The notes below the pieces were generated by a model, which saw only the letters and a program-made list of their open reading frames with translations, did no database searches and was not told the DNA's origin. From NCBI GenBank assembly GCA_963805085.1, contig CAWDTA010000002.1, positions 1,632,001 to 1,696,000 on the forward strand: a stretch of DNA of 64,000 nucleotides. The letters run 5' to 3'. Both the position numbers and the translations under genes were made by a program. The DNA is from an uncultured Veillonellaceae bacterium. GTDB taxonomy: Bacteria; Bacillota; Negativicutes; JARBTT01. Below, one piece after another: positions 60,701 through 64,000 of this stretch; position 1 is the stretch's first letter; every line of letters starts with the position of its first letter.

Positions 60701-60815
60701 TACTTCAACAATTTTAACGTTAGTAGTGGTCCCGGTTGTGTATACCTTACTTGATGATTTAAGGCAAAGAAAAGTAGATAAGCAGTTACAGAAATCGTTC
60801 ATTAAAAAGGATTAG
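57735..60815 (+). CDS. RND efflux permease (AcrB/HAE1 family)
   Basis: KRPVFA, YPGASPEQVE, GLLIDDAIVVIENI, KNAILLID and RMRPIIMT motifs. Confidence 0.95.
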   Translation: MILTEISLKRPVFATVTILALVVLGLFSYVSLNVDEYPNVEIPVVSVTVKYPGASPEQVESKITQKVEETISVVPGIDHVTSTVKEGVSTTVIQFTIETSAATAAQDVRDKVGRMQGILPDDAELPIVTRFDPSDTAVASIALIGNRSPRELTIIADDTVVKRLEAINGVAAVNVQGGVDREIKINMDSDKIAAYDLTVTEVLNSIRNENMDTPGGKVTDGKRETSLRSIGNVSSPNQFLNLPIAQRNGAQLYVKNIAEVEDTTKDPTTVTKLNDKTAIGLDIMKQSGSNTVQVVENAKKELENIKKELPPGVELIMVRDNSKSINDSIHDVLFNLVLGGFLAVAIVLLFLGNWRSTMIAAIAIPTSIITSFLAMKILNYTLNTMSLLALSLAVGLLIDDAIVVIENIVRHLEMGKDKDKAASEGTEEIGLAVTATTLTLVAVFLPVGMMTGIVGQFFKQFGVTVAVSVLVSLFVAFTLTPMLSAKYLTGSHTQSGTKLAKIWGRWNEKFEYWTGRYGGFLRYALEHRKKVMAMSVGLFVGSLLLLPFLGSTFVPDSDAGEITVSAIVDAGKSPQAVGEIADNMSQIIRTIPEVTLTYSSADINNITILTKLTPKSERKISDNQIITNLREKLGGIAGTQVSVSKKSGMSGGKPISLVIQGTSLDTLAEIAEQVEQLMKSTPGAIDVSSSYEAGKPDGQIVVNRDKASDLGVSTSNIASTLQTMFNGTIVTQYRDEDDSYDVRLILAPGDRTSLADVNNIYVASSNRDKNGQAAMVPLSQVTQMVYATSPTQIMRYDRQEQVTISANLSGVSLGDFNTVFNKKLAEVKLPEGYKFVSTGQTQQMADAFTGILMALALAVMFIFFVLAAQFESYIDPFAIMLALPLAIIGAILGLLFAHSMLSMMSLIGIIMLMGLVTKNAILLIDFAKQRIEQGTERNQALIEAAVVRMRPIIMTTTAMIFGMLPLALGIGPGAEARAPMAHAIIGGLITSTILTLVVVPVVYTLLDDLRQRKVDKQLQKSFIKKD

Positions 60816-60835
60816 TAGAATAAGTAAGTATGTTT

Positions 60836-61136
60836 AAGTGAGGCCGTAGAAATACGGTCTCATTTCAATCTGTAGACAAACTAAAATATTTGTGTCGATG
60901 ATTTAGAAAATATCTAAATCCGTTCCACTTATAAACTAGTACGAAGATAGGCTGCCGGTTGGTGAGAAGTACTCAGATGCTAGGCACAGTAAGGAGCTCT
61001 GAAGGAGTCGTACTTTTGTACGTCGACGAGCAGTACCTTGCTGTAACGAAGCAGATGAGTGCTTATCGCCGACCCGCGGCCTGTCTGTCCATAGTTTGTC
61101 TACAAGCTGAAGTGAGGCCGTAGAAATACGGTCTCA
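60836..61136. mobile_element. Non-autonomous MITE-like element inside a duplicated terminator, with a nested palindromic repeat
   Basis: 27-bp exact direct repeats (60836-60862, 61110-61136); 13-bp perfect terminal inverted repeats TGTAGACAAACTA (60871-60883, 61092-61104); internal 132-bp hairpin at 60950-61081; no transposase. Confidence 0.75.
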
Positions 61137-61609
61137 CTTTTATTTTTCAGCTATATTTTGCTATTTAATGATAAGCTTGCAACAAAAAAAATGTAAATAT
61201 TAGGTGGAAAATTTGAATTTTTATTGGGACAAATCAATTATCCAGTGCTATAATGAGGTCAAATGGTATAAATCGTCTTTATACATAGTCGATACAAAGA
61301 ACCGTATTATTTATAATAAAAACGTGGCGGAGATAGATTATGGATAGTAGATTCTGGGGTGGATGGAACTCGTCGGAATCATCCTGTTATGGAAAATTGT
61401 CCGAAGAAAGAGACTTGCCTGCGCTGGACGCATGGTCGAAAAGAATAATAGGATATGCTACTGGAAACAATGGAATAGATAAGCAGATTGCTAGAGTAGT
61501 TGGAATTTTAACTGTTTTTTTCAGTAGAAAAAAGACGTCGAAAGGAAGCTAGGTATCGAGTATGCGTGGCGGTTTACTATTGAAGCTAAGTGAAGGAGGA
61601 GAAGCTAGG

Positions 61610-61972
61610 ATGTTGCAAGAGTTTGGAAATATTGGGCTATTATTGATCGTTGCTTTGATATTTCCGTTGATGGCGTTAGTGACTGCGTTTGCGATTCGGC
61701 CTCATCCTCGTCAGAATGACGCGGAAAAATCTTTGCCGTATGAGTGTGGTGTAGATACGGTTGGCGAGACTTGGGTGCAATTTAGAGCAAGTTATTTTCT
61801 GTATGCATTGGTATTCGTCGCTTTTGATATTGAAACTGTTTTTTTATATCTTTGGGCGATTAAATTCCAGCAGTTAGGGACGTTTGCTTTTGTTGAGATG
61901 TTTATTTTTCTCAGTATTTTAGTGGTAGGGCTAGGATATGCCTGGAAGAAGGGAGCATTGGAATGGAAGTAA
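61610..61972 (+). CDS. nuoA: NADH-quinone oxidoreductase subunit A
   Basis: [16 protein letters not shown] and WKKGALEW motifs; AAGGAGG RBS before ATG 61610. Confidence 0.95.
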   Translation: MLQEFGNIGLLLIVALIFPLMALVTAFAIRPHPRQNDAEKSLPYECGVDTVGETWVQFRASYFLYALVFVAFDIETVFLYLWAIKFQQLGTFAFVEMFIFLSILVVGLGYAWKKGALEWK

Positions 61973-62478
61973 ATAAATTGCAAACACAAGATGAGCGAGA
62001 CAATGAATTGTTACAAAAAAATATTATTTTAACCAGTTTTGATACCGTATTAAAATGGGCGCGAAGTAATTCTCTGTGGCCGTTATCTTCGGGGCTAGCT
62101 TGTTGTGCGATCGAAATGATGTCGGCTGCCGCTGCGCGATTTGATTTGTCGAGGTTCGGGTATGAGGTTTTTCGCGCTTCGCCAAGACAAGCTGATTTGC
62201 TGATTGTGGCGGGGACTCTGACTTGGGCGATGGCGGGGCCGCTAAAGCGTCTATACGAGCAAATGCCTGAGCCGAAATATGTCATTGCCATGGGGAGTTG
62301 CGCAAATTCTGGAGGACCATTTGCCGAGTCCTATTCGGTGGTTCCTGGAGTGGATAAGATTCTGCCAGTCGATGTGTATATTCCTGGTTGCCCACCACGT
62401 CCAGAAGCTTTGATTCACGGAATGCTGGAATTGAAACGCAAGATTAACAATCCTGAGGTTGCGAGGAAAAAGGTATGA
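61963..62478 (+). CDS. nuoB: NADH-quinone oxidoreductase subunit B
   Basis: [22 protein letters not shown] and PGCPPRPE motifs. Confidence 0.95.
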   Translation: MEVNKLQTQDERDNELLQKNIILTSFDTVLKWARSNSLWPLSSGLACCAIEMMSAAAARFDLSRFGYEVFRASPRQADLLIVAGTLTWAMAGPLKRLYEQMPEPKYVIAMGSCANSGGPFAESYSVVPGVDKILPVDVYIPGCPPRPEALIHGMLELKRKINNPEVARKKV

Positions 62479-62942
62479 GCAATCTAGAAATAAACAGGGT
62501 GTTAGCAGAGCTGCAAGTACAGTATGGAGAAGACGTAAAAATGATTGGCGAGGACGCTCAGGCAGCGTTACTGCTTGAGCCAAATCATATGTTAGATATA
62601 TTAGGGAGCCTTAAAACGAATGAGTCTTATCAATTTAACATGTTACGTAATTTGACGGCTGTTGATTATCTGGAATATATGGAAATTGTGTATCATTTAT
62701 ATTCTTTGCCGCTGCGTCAGGCGATTACGATAAAGACACGGTGTGGTATAGAAGATTCAGAGGTTCCATCAGTCACAGCGATTTGGCCTTCGGCAAATTT
62801 TCAAGAGAGGGAAATCTATGATTTATTAGGGGTGAAATTTATCGGTCATCCTGATTTACGGCGGATCTTATTGCCAGAAGATTTTTCTGGTCATCCATTG
62901 CGCAAAACGTACAATGTTGTTAATACAGGGGAAAAGAGGTAA
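62475..62942 (+). CDS. nuoC: NADH-quinone oxidoreductase subunit C
   Basis: [28 protein letters not shown] and GHPLRK motifs. Confidence 0.95.
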   Translation: MSNLEINRVLAELQVQYGEDVKMIGEDAQAALLLEPNHMLDILGSLKTNESYQFNMLRNLTAVDYLEYMEIVYHLYSLPLRQAITIKTRCGIEDSEVPSVTAIWPSANFQEREIYDLLGVKFIGHPDLRRILLPEDFSGHPLRKTYNVVNTGEKR

Positions 62943-62949
62943 TCAATTC

Positions 62950-64000
62950 ATGGTAAAGACAGAAACCTATACTTTGAATATGGGCCCGCAACATCCTAGT
63001 ACGCATGGCGTGTTACAAGTCGTACTGGAACTAGATGGTGAACTGGTAATTCAAGCTGTACCGCACATGGGGTATCTGCATCGCGGCATTGAAAAATTGG
63101 CGGAAAGTCGCACGTATGCCCAATTTATACCCTACACGGATCGATTGGACTATGTTTCATCCATGGGAAACAATTGGGGCTATTGTCAGACGGTAGAAAA
63201 GCTGATGGGCATTACCGTGCCTGAACGTGCGGAACATCTGCGAATTATCATGACCGAATTGAATCGTATTGCCAGTCATTTGATTTTCATGGGATCGCTG
63301 GCAATTGACCTTGGTGCTTCTACTGGAATGATGTTTGGCTTTCGTAGTCGTGAACGGATTCTAGATTTATTTGATATGGCCTGCGGTGCTAGGCAGACCT
63401 ATAGTTATATACGATTTGGCGGTGTTTCAGCTGATATACCGTCAGAATTTATCCCAGAATTAGAACGCTTTTTGGGCGATTTTCCTGCGATGCTAAAAGA
63501 ATACCACGAATTATTAACAGGCAATGAGATTCTGTATCACCGTCTAAAAGGTACTGGTGTGATTGCTGGTCAAAGAGCACTCGAAATTGGCTTGACCGGG
63601 CCTGCATTGCGGGCTTCAGGCATTGATTATGATATTCGAAAAGTCGAGCCATATGGTATGTATGATCGTTTTGATTTTAGCGTGCCACTAGGGCAAGTCG
63701 GTGACTGCTGGGATCGTTATATCGTCCGAATGGAAGAAATGAAGCAGAGTGCCAGCATAACTCGGCAGGCGCTAGAGCAAATGCCTGAAGGCGAAGTTAT
63801 GGCTAAGATTCCTAAAGTATTAAAACCACCAGTTGGTGAGGTATATCACTCTATCGAAAATCCGCGTGGCGAATTAGGATTTTATATTGTTAGCGATGGC
63901 TCGACTAAGCCTTATCGCCTCCATGTGCGCCGTCCTTCCTTTATTAACCTGCAGGTGTTAAATGAAACCTGTCAGGGCTTACTGATCGGTGATGTTGTAG
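62950..64000 (+). CDS. nuoD: NADH-quinone oxidoreductase subunit D (runs off the window end; absent from the ORF track)
   Basis: [22 protein letters not shown]...[12 protein letters not shown]...TDRLDYV...ENPRGELG; no N-terminal NiFe CxxC. Confidence 0.95.
   Translation, partial: MVKTETYTLNMGPQHPSTHGVLQVVLELDGELVIQAVPHMGYLHRGIEKLAESRTYAQFIPYTDRLDYVSSMGNNWGYCQTVEKLMGITVPERAEHLRIIMTELNRIASHLIFMGSLAIDLGASTGMMFGFRSRERILDLFDMACGARQTYSYIRFGGVSADIPSEFIPELERFLGDFPAMLKEYHELLTGNEILYHRLKGTGVIAGQRALEIGLTGPALRASGIDYDIRKVEPYGMYDRFDFSVPLGQVGDCWDRYIVRMEEMKQSASITRQALEQMPEGEVMAKIPKVLKPPVGEVYHSIENPRGELGFYIVSDGSTKPYRLHVRRPSFINLQVLNETCQGLLIGDVV

Noticed and set aside
56626-60815. MFP-RND pair as the secretion route for the leaderless cellulases
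   Set aside because: It is an AcrB-type small-molecule pump under its own TetR, not an ABC-type T1SS, and lies 11 kb away.
61340-61552. 70-aa ORF and several GTCGAA-like words in the nuo leader
   Set aside because: No recognisable protein features; the motifs are irregularly spaced and imperfect.
61610-64000. nuoBCD as a group 4 [NiFe]-hydrogenase
   Set aside because: The large subunit has RLDY instead of the N-terminal CxxC and nuoA is present, so this is an ordinary complex I-like enzyme.

Overview
AT-rich chromosomal window from an anaerobic, spore-forming Firmicute. The gerKA/KC/KB operon together with an RND pump, a Tat substrate and nuoABCD points to a diderm Negativicute (Sporomusaceae/Pelosinus-like); this is inference. 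Most genes are ordinary: a beta-glucoside islet (broken PTS EIIA, esterase, GH1, GH3, esterase remnant), germination receptor, three c-di-GMP enzymes, cca/trmO, a sigma-54 organic-acid catabolic cluster, DASS transporter plus Na+-decarboxylase beta subunit, purB, a NemR-like detox operon, a partner-switching module, a Pho-box-preceded phosphatase, a TetR-RND pump and the start of complex I. The stand-out is a three-gene cellulase operon at 37712-45074 (GH48, Cel9M-like GH9, GH44). None of the three enzymes has a signal peptide or dockerin, and all carry the same near-identical 787-bp Ig+CBM3a-like tail. The third copy has a 4-bp deletion, and a strong stem-loop follows the GH48 gene. Also found: a nested MITE-like element in a duplicated terminator, several genes bracketed by imperfect direct repeats, pseudogenes absent or only partly shown in the ORF track, and an uncalled 41-aa membrane ORF.
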